Shown here: piece by piece, positions 1-16,168 of the stretch
Position numbering within the stretch: the stretch's first letter is position 1
Layout of the letters: every line of letters begins with the position of its first letter
DNA from: Eledone cirrhosa
Taxonomy: Eukaryota
Length of the DNA stretch: 64,000 nucleotides
Assembly (NCBI GenBank): GCA_964016885.1
Contig: OZ024741.1
Span: forward strand, 326,926,001-326,990,000
Reading direction: 5' to 3'
The notes under the pieces: model-generated
Told to the model about the DNA's origin: nothing
Database searches by the model: none
What the model saw: only the letters and a program-made list of their open reading frames with translations
Translations under genes and position numbers: made by a program

Positions 1-214
1 GCTAACGTCGAGTGGTTTTGTAATATTACATTATGGTTTATTTCGAGGAAAGACCAATTCTACCCAGTGGTGAAACATCAAATTTAATCGTATATTTATA
101 TATATATATATATGAATGTATGTATAGTATATTTGGCAACATACTGTATGTTTAATTATAAACATTTAGAAGGCCTATCCCAACTCCCCCACCCCTATAA
201 ACACCACCCTCTTT

Positions 215-492
215 CTCTGTAAACTATGTTGGTAACACAACATCCAGTCCTAAATAAATGAGGTCGTGTAGGTGTCACGACAAAAAAAACAGTCCACGCT
301 GTAATATGGCCGTGTAGGTAACACGGTAAAAACCTCCCAGTCCACACTGTAAACGTGGTTGGTGTTAGGAAGGGCATGCAGCCGTAGAAAACCTGCCAGA
401 TAGTCCCATACGAGCGAGACTCCAATCATCCCTCAAGTCGGACAATTCTCGTCTAAACCCATGCTAGCGTGGAAGATAGACGTTAAATGATA

Positions 493-525
<33 letters not shown>
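215..525 (+). mobile_element. 3' part of a SINE (LINE-like tail ending in (GAT)n), same family as 42137-42481
   Basis: Shares ggttggtgttaggaagggcat..agc.gtagaaa and the (gat)n tail with the 3' half of the copy at 42137. Confidence 0.65.
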
Positions 526-943
526 TTGAATCGCTATGAGTTTTAAAGTAGTGACTATGTCACTTACTTATTCTCGCCAAAAACACCAGAGAGCGACCAA
601 CAGACAGTCTGCTTCTCGTTTGTGAGCATTTATCAAGACCGCACTCTCAGTTGCCTTCGCCTAAAGTAAGCACATCATGGCTTATTGTGTAAAAGGTTCG
701 ACTCGTAATCCAAATGTCCTAGGCTCAATCGCAATGTTAGGTATCTTGAATCCGTGTCACTTATAAAACCACAGTTCTACACATATGGTGTGAGTGAAAT
801 TGATTGGACAGTCTTACAGGTTTGTTTAATGATAAGTGTATTCCTTTGCTTGAATAAATGGGACAATCATCGTCGTAAACGTCAGAGGTTAATCTTTCAT
901 TTTCTGTTTTCTTTTTTTTGCATATACAAATACACAAACACTT

Positions 944-1144
944 GTGGATTGGCAGTATCGGTAGAGGGTCAGACACCATGCTTTCCAGCATAGTTACGTC
1001 CCTTTACGATCTGAGTTCAAATTCCGCCGAGGTTGACTTTGCCTTTCATCCTTACGGGGTCGATAAAATAAAGTACCAGTAATGCACTGGGATAATTGAT
1101 GGCCTTGTGCCAAAAGTAGAAACAATTATTATTATTATTATTAT
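944..1144 (+). mobile_element. tRNA-derived SINE, family A
   Basis: A-box-like tggcagtatcgg, B-box gagttcaaattcc, central gcctttcatccttacggggtcgataaaataaagtaccag, (att)n tail; five other near-identical copies in the window. Confidence 0.85.
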
Positions 1145-1289
1145 AGGCAGTCCACTTAGATGTAGTCCAGTTAGAGTACTCCGTGTAGTGGATAGTATTA
1201 ACGTGTGGCTTAGTTTGACTCAACAAGACGTTTCCAAAGTGATGCTGCGTGTTCGCGGTGATGTCTATGTAGTTTATACTTGGAGTAAT

Positions 1290-4725
<3,436 letters not shown>

Positions 4726-4747
4726 TATATATATATTTGTGAGTGTG

Positions 4748-4797
<50 letters not shown>

Positions 4798-4919
4798 TAG
4801 ATAGATAGATAGATAGATAGAGAGATAGAGAGATAATGTAGGGGGTGAGTAATATTGTAGAACAATAAAACTATGCATATATCAGATAAGTAGCACTCAA
4901 CAGTTGGTAGAACTGGGGT

Positions 4920-5180
4920 ATATATAAAAAAGAAATTAAAAGATGGTTACAAAAGTTACATATATTCTATTATGCGAATTTCGAAAACAAAATCATCCTG
5001 GGACAAAAATTGTGTTCTCATCAGATGAAATAAGGTAGCATGATATGAGGCCTAAAAACATGTTACCTTATTTTATCTGAGAACACAATTTTTGTCCCAG
5101 GACGATGTTGTTTTCGAAATGCGCATAATAAAATATATGGAACTTTTTTAACCATCTTTTAATTTCTTCTCTATATATAT
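4920..5180. repeat. Fold-back cassette with a hammerhead in each arm
   Basis: Arms ~4920-5042 and ~5059-5180 are reverse complements, flanked by TA-rich DNA. Confidence 0.85.
4963..5032 (-). ncRNA. Type I hammerhead ribozyme
   Basis: Minus strand TATTTCAT-CTGATGA-GAACACAA...TTGTTTTC-GAAA-TTCGCA-TA-ATAGAATA. The + arm copy (5069-5135) has a perfect 8-bp stem I but a 3-nt core deletion. Confidence 0.75.
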
Positions 5181-5601
5181 AGGTAAATATATAGATAGAT
5201 TGATTATAGATAGCTAGATAGGTGGATCGATATATAGATAGATAGAGAGATGGATAGATAAGTAGAGAGCTAGGTTGATAGATAAGTAGATAGAGGAGAG
5301 TAAAAGTAAGGTAAATAACATATGCTTTCTCGGAAGTTCATTTATTAACGTCTATTATTTCAAAAGTTGCCTAAACTATATAACTACGTAATTAAAAGTT
5401 TAATTCAATTTAATGGTACACATGAATTCTCAAGTAAATCTATAATGATTGAAAATAATAGCCTCGTGTATACTAATTTATTTTTACTAATTGAGAATTT
5501 ATAATCCTTGGGCATTATCGTTAATGACCTTTATAGTTCGCACAGACACATTCACACGGGCACCCATATACAAACACACACGCACACATACACACACACA
5601 C

Positions 5602-5694
<93 letters not shown>

Positions 5695-6072
5695 GCGGCG
5701 ATGAATTAGTTTAGCGAGGTTTTTTATATGAAATCGTGTGTCAAAACAAATATTGTTATACTTGGGGAGGGTCATATTTGTGTAATATTGCCAGAATTAA
5801 TAACAGAACACAATCACTGAAGTGAATTTTTCACACGTTGTCCACACGTCACCAAACATCTATTGCATAACTACAAGTCTCTGGACTGATTCTTCGTAAT
5901 TTTATTTTTAATTTTTTTAATTTTATTTTCAACCTAAAAACTTTCCGGACTTTCGCAGTTATCTCACTTACACGTCCCGCACGCAGTCTAGTATTGCCTG
6001 TGTGAAGTGACCGAGTTTCTGCGCATGCGCGTTCATACGGTGGTCCTTCCTGTTCCTATAACCATACACATC

Positions 6073-6112
6073 CCGAGCTGAAGATCCGCGAAGGCGAAAC
6101 AATTGTTCTCGG
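6073..6112 (+). ncRNA. Minimal type I hammerhead ribozyme
   Basis: CCGAG-CTGAAGA-tccgcgaaggc-GAAA-CAATTG-TT-CTCGG; same family as 51672-51785. Confidence 0.85.
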
Positions 6113-6229
6113 TATGGTGATCTAACTGTTGTGTAACCACTTCTACCTAACTAGTCCCTCGGACTGAGTGCTCTACCACTACGGATATTACCTTCCAGTG
6201 TTCCACCACTATAGATATATATATATTGA

Positions 6230-8500
6230 TATGCTTTGGGAGATTCATGTTGCCAATAAGAAACACACGCACCAGTTGCTTTCACTTCAATTTATTATAA
6301 GTTAAATTTATAAATTTAGGAATTTATAAATTCCGGTTTGGCTGGTTGGTTCCACAACCAGACGATAGTTCATAAATTGTCAAAGTTCTTTCGTCAGACA
6401 TTCTGTGACCTCTTCATTGACTGGGGATTATTTTCTTTGTTTTTGTGCCTCTCCTTTGTTCTGTCCTACGCCATCTTGTTTCGGGGTGTGTTGTGTGCTT
6501 AGTTTGCGCGTGTATTACATCCGGGTGTCTGTGTGTGTTTATATGTGTTTATTTATTTGTTTATTTACATGTTACTGGTTGGTCGTTCTATGTGTGTGTG
6601 TGTTTTCATTTTGTCCTTAATTGTAAGTTGTGATGTTGGTGTTCCATTCATGTTTTCTATTTAATTTAGGTTGGAGTTCATTTATGTTTATTGCCTCTGT
6701 GATTTGTCTAAACATTACGTCTTTTCTGTGTGTAGATTCTATTTTTATTTCTATGTTCTCTAATTTACCCTTATGTTCTATTTTAGCATGTTGGTGGAGT
6801 ACAGATGATTCTTTACTATCTTGAAGCTCTCGCCAGTGTTCATTTATCGGTTCCCCTATAATACGAGCTGTCTCACCTACGTACACTATATTCTTATCTC
6901 TACATTGTCCTTCCGTACATCTTATGCTATATACTACATTTCTAGTTTTACAGTTAATATGGGGGCTTAGTTTACAGATTATACATTTCTTATCTATACA
7001 GGGAGGTCTTTGAAATGGGTATATATTGCAAATAAGTGTTTTATGGAGGTACCTGGTCTTTCTACTATCTTAATATTGAGTTTATGTTTATCTAGGGCCC
7101 TTCTAAATGTTAAGCTAATTCACCTCTAGGGGTTGTATTGATGAACATTACACTCTGCTATTTATTGCTATCATACCATGAGTTCATTCTATTAACCTTA
7201 TTCCTAGTTCTTTCTATTATATTACAAAATTTGCGCCTATACAAGGAGCAGGTCCCATGTGTATCAACATTTACCATTTTTTCCCGTTTGGTTCTGGCTC
7301 CTCTATATACTCTTATTTTTTCTGGTTACAATCAGAGAGAAAAAATCAAAAAAAATCAGAGTATATAGAGGAGCCAGAACCAAATGGGGAAAAATGGTAA
7401 GTAATGATACAAATGGGACCTGCCCCTTGTACAGGAGCAAATTTTGGAATAGAATAGAAATAAATAGGAATAAGTTTAATAGAATAAACTCATGGTATGA
7501 TAGCAATACATACCAGAGTGTAATGTTCATCGATACAACCCCTAGAGGTGAATTAGCTTACACATTTAGAAGGGCCCTAGATAAACATAAACTCAATATT
7601 AAGATAGTAGAAAGACAAGGTACCTCCATAAAAACACATATTAGCAATACATACCCTTTTCTAAGACCTCGCTGTATAGATAAGAAATGTATAATCTGTA
7701 AACTAAGCCCCATATTAACTGTAAAACTAGAAATGTAGTATATAGCATAATATGTATGGAAGGACAATGTAGAGATAAGAATATAGTGTACATAGGTGAG
7801 ACAGCTCGTAGTATAGGGGAACGGATAAATGAAGACTGGCGAGAACTTCAAGATAGTAAAGAATCATCTGTACTCCACCAACATGTTAACATAGAACATG
7901 AGGGTAAATAAGAGAACGTAGAAATATAAATAGAATCAACACACAGAAAAGACGTAATGTTTAGACAAATCACAGAGGCAATAAAGATAAATGAAGTCCA
8001 ACCAAAATTAAATAGAAAACATGAATGGAACACCAACATCACAACTTACAATTAAGGACAAAATGAAAACACACACACACATAGAACAAACAACCAACCA
8101 GTAACATCTAAAGAAATAAATAAATAAACAAATATAAAGACGCACAGATACCCGGATGTAATACATGCGCAAACTAAGCACACAACACACCCCAAAACAA
8201 CATGGCGTAGGACAGAACAAAGGAGAGGCACAAAAACAAAGAAAATAATCCCCAGTCATGAAGAAGTCATATAATGTGTGACGAAAGAACTTTGACAATA
8301 TATGAACAATCGTCTGGTTGTGGAACCAACCAGCCAACCGGAAATTTATAAATTCCTAAATTTATGAATTTAATTTATAATAAATTGGAGTGACAGCAAC
8401 TGGTGCGTGTGTTTCTTATTGGCAACATGACCCTCCCAAAGCATAACAATATCGGTTTCAACACACGTTCTCAGATACAGAATCTTGCTAAACTAATTCA
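6230..8500. mobile_element. Inverted pair of PLE 3' ends (GIY-YIG + 3' UTR), possibly Naiad-like
   Basis: Arms ~6230-7323 (-) and ~7345-8446 (+); YQSVMFIDTTPRGEL, CxxC, YVGETARIIGEPINEH, SVLHQH, FRQITEAI. Confidence 0.88.
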
Positions 8501-8506
8501 GAAACG

Positions 8507-8557
<51 letters not shown>

Positions 8558-8593
8558 TATAAATAAATATAACTGTAAGCATTCACACGTACT

Positions 8594-8661
<68 letters not shown>

Positions 8662-8815
8662 CACACACATATATGCATATATATATATGTACGTATGTGT
8701 TATATCGAACATTAAGTATAATGTTCGATTCGTTTGTAAACAAACGGCCCGATTTGAAGCTGTGTTGTGCCGGTGAGCGATCGTCAGCTGTTTGTTCAAC
8801 ACTGGCTTTGAGGAA

Positions 8816-8856
8816 CAATTAACATGTTTCTGGGCCATTACCCTTCATCAGGACTG
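8816..8856 (-). ncRNA. Minimal type I hammerhead, stem I partly decayed
   Basis: CAGTC-CTGATGA-A-GGGT aatg GCCC-A-GAAA-CATG-TT-AATTG; flanks resemble the copies at 46008 and 47996. Confidence 0.65.
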
Positions 8857-9322
8857 TATACCTCTGCCAATCTGTTGAACGGTTGAACATCTATAGTATT
8901 TTTTTAAGTACACATCGACTGAGTAGCCTGATGTGCATACCGAGCGAGTGACGGCAGGCCTTGCCGAATATTCAAAATAAAATTAGAATGTTATTTCTTG
9001 TCCTAGCACAGCTGATACATAAGTGTATGCTTAATAACTTACTTACTTTCTGTGCACGCCAGTTCCTAAAGCACTGTCGCCAGCAGATAGAATAGCAGAA
9101 GCTAATGCATTAGTCCGGAGTCAGAGAATCAGATTCTCAAACCACACGAAACGATTTTTCTCACTATTCATCGTATTGGTCTGCACTCAGCTTTGAATTT
9201 GGTTGGTATCTAGATGATATTGACTTAATTAAAATATTGAATGAGTGCGAAAAGTATCTAAGGTATATCGGTCTAATCTGATGACTTCGTTTCAATATTA
9301 TTACATGTATATATATATATAT

Positions 9323-9496
9323 GAAAGTCGTCCAGGCGGCGGTGGAGGCGGCGGTTACGGAGGCAGCAGCTGGTGATCCAACTTGGGTGGTTACAACAAC
9401 GGCGGCAGATATTACCAAGGCAGCGATGGCCGCTACGGAAACAACGATTACAACAGTGGCTACGCTAACGGGTTCTGATCCAATTATGGCAGCGTA
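9323..9496 (+). pseudogene. Gly/Tyr/Asn-rich coding fragment resembling an RNA-binding protein tail
   Basis: Frame from 9323 reads ESRPGGGGGGGYGGSSW*SNLGGYNNGGRYYQGSDGRYGNNDYNSGYANGF*SNYGSV; GC-rich island with two stops. Confidence 0.55.
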
Positions 9497-9960
9497 TCTT
9501 GTATACATCGCTATTTCAGAGCACCAATCCTAATATATATATATATATACTTATTTATTTATTTGAAAATAGGATCCGAAGCTTCCACTGTAAATTGACG
9601 GCATAAGCTTCTATTTCTATTTTCAAAATTTACAATCGCCATTGTATCCAAGTATATATATATACTCACATTATGTACATATGCACAAACGCAGATATAT
9701 TTATCTATACATGTCATTCTGAAATAGCTTCTATATGAAAGGAACAGTTTTCGCATATATATGTCACTTCTAAATGATATACAATTGTATCTCCTGTACT
9801 AATACTTTGAGTACATTATGAAACTGTAATTTCTTTCCGATCTCTTGCAGAACACCAGTCTTAAATGATATATCAACACACACATTCACCACACAAACCC
9901 ACCTATATATAAATATATATGAATGAAAAATGGCGAGCTCTGTGTTGCAAATATGATATA

Positions 9961-10405
9961 TAAAATAAATGAAGAATTAGAAATAGAAGCCAGGACTATC
10001 CATCATCAGTTGTCTACTAGCCATCATAGGTATTTATTTCTTCGCATTACAGACCATATACCTCCGGCTAGGGTAATACAATAACTAAAATAAATTATTG
10101 GGATAAAAAGAATTGGGTGGAGAAAGAGAGACAGGTAAACAAACACGAATGGTGAGGCAACGTAAAGAGAGGAAAAAATGAGAAAATCGAGTTAATGATT
10201 CATTTGGAAAATAAGAACTTGCGAATATTGTCGAGAAGGCAAAGACACACCCTGGCCGTGCGAAAGTGAGCGAGCCAATAACTTATTTTAGTTATTGTAT
10301 TACTCTAGCCGGAGCTATATGGTCTGTAATGCGAAGAAATACATATGATGGCTAGTAGACCACGATGATGGTTAGTCCTGGCTTCTATTTCTAATTCTTC
10401 ATTTT

Positions 10406-10408
<3 letters not shown>
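9961..10408. repeat. Fold-back cassette between TA-rich tracts
   Basis: ~9965-10102 is the reverse complement of ~10275-10405; related sequence at ~18940-19040 and 63400-63655. Confidence 0.8.
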
Positions 10409-10466
<58 letters not shown>

Positions 10467-10599
10467 AATGGCTTCTACAGGACTAGAACTGTTGCATTCG
10501 GAGGAAATCATCAGAGGAAATCATACTGTCAATATAAGTTTCTGGTATATATACATTTTGTCAGGGTAAGGGAAGGGTAATAAACCCCACAAAATCTGA

Positions 10600-12290
10600 C
10601 ATAGGATCTGTCAGCAAGAAGATCCTGGACAGGATACTACCGACACTGCGTGCAGCCTAACCTCTCCCGCTCTGGAACAGAACATCCGAAGCGATCTCAT
10701 GGTTCCAAGAACTGCCTGACATACACAACACCCGTTTCCTGCAACTTGACATTGAGGATTACTACCCCTCCATTTCTGAGTCCCTGCTGAAGGATGCAAT
10801 TGCTTTCGCAAGAAACCTAACCACCATAACCGACGCCGAGCAGGATGTGATCCTCCATGCACATAAGACTTGTTGTACCATAACGGGTCCTACTGGATCA
10901 ACAAAAAATCGGATACTCCGTTCGATGTCAGCATGGGGGCTAGTGACTCGGCTGAAATTAGTGATCTGGTGGGCCTGTTTATCGTTAACCGGATGAAAAC
11001 TCTCTTCACAGGCCTTACAGGCGGATTATACCGAGATGACGGCCTCTTTTCTCTGCATAAAATTAACTCCAGGACTACCGATGGGCTTCGGAAAAGCCTT
11101 AACGCTTTCTTCAATAGGTTATTGAAGAAAGCGTTAAGGCTTTTCAGAAGCCCAGAATAACTATAGATTGGAGTTTAACTAAAGCCAACTTCTTAGATGT
11201 AACACTCGATTTAGAAACCCCCTTTTATTATTCGTACCACAAACCTAACGAATCCCTTAGATATATAGACGTTAACTCGAATCACCCTAAGAACATCACA
11301 GATAATTTAGTTAAAGTTTCTCCCTTAGGATCTCTGGCCTCTCCGCCAATGAGGATATCTTTAGGGCCGCGGACCCCTATTACAACGAAGCCCTAGCCCG
11401 TAGCGGTTTTAAAGATAATATCTCTTATCTCAGAATATACCCACGTCCACCCAGTAGGAATAAGAAGAGGCAAATTAGCTGTTTCACACCCCCCCCTCTC
11501 CCATTCAACAGCGAGGTATCTACACCTATAGCAAAAAGTTTCTTCCCTCTATTGCACAAACACTTCCCCACCCAACATAAGTACTACACTATCTTTAATA
11601 AGAATACAATCAGACTCTCTTACTCCACTACATCAAATCTAGCTAGGAACTTAGCCAATATTAATATTAGTAAGTTAAATATGTCTCCTACCTCCGAAAC
11701 CAATCCCGGTACTGAGGTATTGTGCAACTGCCACGATAAGGCTGCATGCCCCTTCAGCAATAAATGCCTTACAAAGGATAATGCATACAAATGTGATGTC
11801 ATCTCAGGCCCTGATGAAGAGAGAAAGACGTATATCGGGATGACCTCCAACAACTTTAAGATCCGTTGGTACGCACACACCCATTCTTTTCGACGCCCGG
11901 ACAAGTCCAACCAAACAACACTGGCCGCCCATGTCTAGGACCTAAACAGGAACTCCATCCCCTTTACGCTCAAATGGAAACTACTCGAGAGAGCGCGGTC
12001 TTACACAGGAGGCCATAATTGTTGTGACCTTTGTATTTCCGGCAGTTATGAAATACTATCCGCCAAAGGAACCTTACTCAATAGACTCGCAGAACACTGC
12101 CCAATTTGCGTGCACAAAAACTATGCAACTTACAAGTCATATAGACCAGTTCTTCCCACTGAACGGTGATCCCATAAGACAACGGAATCGACATTAAACA
12201 CTAAACACACTCCCCCGCGGCCCCCTCCCATCCCAACCCTACCTTCGTTTTGTTACCTTTCAAACTTATAACTTATACTTTACCTTTCTC
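10600..12290 (+). mobile_element. Second Penelope-like element, decayed RT + GIY-YIG
   Basis: FDVSMGASDSAEISDLVG, GLYRDDG, NFLDVTLDL, IFNKNTIRLSYS, CNC..ACP...CL, YIGMTSNNFKIRWYAH. Confidence 0.9.
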
Positions 12291-12584
12291 TACTTGTATT
12301 TTATGTTACTGAATTTTAATTTATGTTATTTGATGGTTTTTCATATCTTGATTGTTTCCTTAAATGTTCCCCTTTGTGCATTTTTATATGTGTTTATATG
12401 TGAATATATATATATATATATGTATATATATATGTATATATGTATATGTGTCTGTGTGTATATATGTCTATATATATATATATATTTATATATATGTGTG
12501 TGTGTGTGTGTGTGTATATGTATTTGTATGTATATGTATATGTATGTGTATGTATGTGTGTATATGTATATATATACATATATA

Positions 12585-12627
<43 letters not shown>

Positions 12628-12772
12628 ATGTATGTGTATGTATATATATATATATGTATATATATGTATATGTGTGTGTAAATGTATGTGTGTATATGTA
12701 TATATATGTACGTGTGTATATGTATGTGTACGTCTGTAAATGTATCTAAGTATATGTGTATATGTGTATATA

Positions 12773-12861
<89 letters not shown>

Positions 12862-12870
12862 TTGTGTATG

Positions 12871-12911
<41 letters not shown>

Positions 12912-12952
12912 GTGTGTTTGTGTATGTATGTGTATATATATATATATATATA

Positions 12953-13548
12953 TGTCAGGTTACCAGTTGGTGCTACTGGTAACATGTATCGCAGTACAAC
13001 CTGTCCCATGGTCGGGTCGTTGGCGACTAAACTTGCAACCCACCAAGGTTTCTCGGTGAGGAGGGGGAATTTGGACATCCTGTAGGACTAAAAACAAAAC
13101 CTGTCAAAGGGCAAAGGAGCTCTTAAGAGTCAATCGCCATCCAAAATCACCGGGAGAGATGATCCCTTAGCCTTTGTCAAGGCAGAATTCTAGGAGAAGG
13201 AAAACTCTGATATAACATCTGCAACCTGATGTTGACTTGTTCTTCTTTTTGGTAAATATCATCTTGGTTAAGAGAGTGGGACTGGCTTTGTGCAGTGCCT
13301 TTGCTCATTATGAAAGATTCACGGCACAGGCATTGTTTTATATCTGGAGATCTCTCTGCACTTGTCATCACATGGTACTATGGGCCCAGCACTATGTGTC
13401 AATAATTGTCACAAGTGTAATGTTTGTACCAGAGTTTTCAAGTCACTGGCTGGACTAAAAGGTCACACTCGTTAGAGCGCATCGGTAGGGGTTCTCCTAC
13501 ATGGATATAAAGTAGTGGCCGTACTCGAAAACGAGTTGGCAGCCACCA
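12953..13548 (+). mobile_element. ~600-bp TG...CA element inserted in (TA)n, family B
   Basis: Starts tgtcagg, ends ggcagccacca, (TA)n on both sides; near-identical copies at 13839 and 46737. Confidence 0.8.
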
Positions 13549-13724
13549 TATATATATATATGTATATGTGTTTATATATATATATATATATTTGTATATA
13601 TATGTGTGTACATATGCGCCCACGCATACATGTGTTTGTATATATATATATGTGTGTGTGTGTGTAAATATGTGTGTGTGTGTATATATATGTGTGTACG
13701 TATGCATATATATATATATGTATG

Positions 13725-13796
<72 letters not shown>

Positions 13797-13838
13797 TGTG
13801 TGTGGGTCTGTATGTATATATATATATATATATATATA

Positions 13839-14579
<741 letters not shown>

Positions 14580-14611
14580 GTATATATGCATATATGTATA
14601 TATATATATAT

Positions 14612-14955
14612 ACAAAATTAAGATAAGTTGAGTCAAAATAAATTAAATCAAATTAAATTAAGAGTGTCATGTCACCCGTCATATTATAAGGTATCTATTT
14701 TTGAAGTTCTAGTTAAACTTTATTTAGTTACCTACCTGGCTATGTGTGATTACACACTTTTACAAATTATTCCCTGTGATTGTTGCATATGTTTAATTAT
14801 ATGCCAATCAATTTCTAGTTGATATAAAATGCTCGGATCTACCCATTAGAATCTTGGAGCATATTTTACGGGTGATATGGCGCATGTCTATCTGACATGG
14901 CACCCTTAATTTAATGTGATTTAATTTTATTTGTTTCAACTTATCTTAATTTTGG
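14612..14955. repeat. Short element with terminal inverted arms; internal part repeated at 15254-15394
   Basis: 14613-14672 is the reverse complement of 14894-14954; a related copy at ~29810-30010 has its own hairpin. Confidence 0.7.
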
Positions 14956-15698
14956 ATATATATAAATACGGCCCCTTAATTGTAGAGCTAACTCAGTTGA
15001 AAGGACTTGACTTCTGTTTCTAGTTGTCGATAACTCTATTCACGCCACTGGGACGAAGCTGGTATGATGTGTGCATTTTTAGTGATACAGCACGTGTTAC
15101 TGGCCAGTCGCTGATTTGAACTTGATGCGTAAACACAGATCGCTGGATCTCTTCCTTGTTGAAAATCCAGGACCTGGCAACTGTCGTTTACTAATAGATT
15201 AATTGGTGAAATATATTTCTTTAACGGAATATATACGAGGAAGATTAATCAAATTATAAGGTATCTATTTTTGAAGTTCTAGTTAAACTTTATTTAGTTA
15301 CCTACCTAGCTATGTGTGATTACACACTTTTACAAATTATCCCCTGTGATTGTTATATATGTTTAATTATATGCCAATCAATTTCTAGTTGATATGTATA
15401 TATATATACCTATATATATACTGTGTGCGCGCGCATTGGTTGTGTATACATATGATTATTCTTTTAATATCCAATTGAGTTCTTATACACGTGGTTAATA
15501 ACTAACAGGTTTAAATGACCAGCGTGTATATTGTTTTATTTTAAGATGACCTCCCTTTACCCTTTTGGGGACAGCGTGTATTTTATCTTTGAGAGGACTG
15601 CTGGATTTTCTAATCTACCAGTCTCTTCTTAGCGCTGAGGGAGACCATCACCATTCTATTAATGTCGATATAATTCTTATATCGATATTACTTGGGCA

Positions 15699-15811
15699 TC
15701 CACTGATGAGTTATAAGAGCCCGCTTGTGTAGATTATATACAAGTTTCTACATAACCTGGAAATTATTTATCCCAAATTGTACAAAACTTATAACGAAAC
15801 GGCCGCCTGGA
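15699..15811 (+). ncRNA. Hammerhead with long stem II and mutated cleavage triplet (GCC)
   Basis: TCCA-CTGATGA-GTTATAAG...CTTATAAC-GAAA-CGGCCG-CC-TGGA; relative at ~42525-42548 (cttataatgaaacaattgtttgga). Confidence 0.7.
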
Positions 15812-16168
15812 AGGAAAGCGATATTTATTTAATAATGTCTCATATAAAATAATACAACCAGCTATCCACTAAATACTGATAGTTAGCACTCCACACACTA
15901 AATTAGTATAATACTTAGATATATCCTAATGTTTGTTGAGTGAGATGAAGTTTGTCGGAGTATCGCTTAAAGCTTTCTCTGTTTATGTATTGATTGTATA
16001 TACACATATATATATATGTATATGTATATATTTGTGTAAGAGTGTGTGTATATATATAGAGAAAATATATATATGACAAAGGAATTGTGGTAAGGAACCA
16101 GGTGGACCATAACGCACCAGAGTACTCAATACTTATGGTAGTAGAGTGGGAAATAGGAAAAAGTATGA

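Noticed and set aside
6375-6425. Possible SECIS or hammerhead in the Naiad-like 3' UTR (atgaagaggtcacagaatgtctgacgaaagaactttgac on -)
   Set aside because: Helix pairing is poor, no in-frame UGA was seen at Cys positions, and GACA replaces GAAA with no stem I.
9275-9300. CTGATGA motif
   Set aside because: No downstream GAAA or closing stems.
12953-13050. Assignment of the family B leader as an HDV-like or twister ribozyme
   Set aside because: Strand order and loop sizes could not be fitted to either canonical fold; kept only as an unclassified structure.
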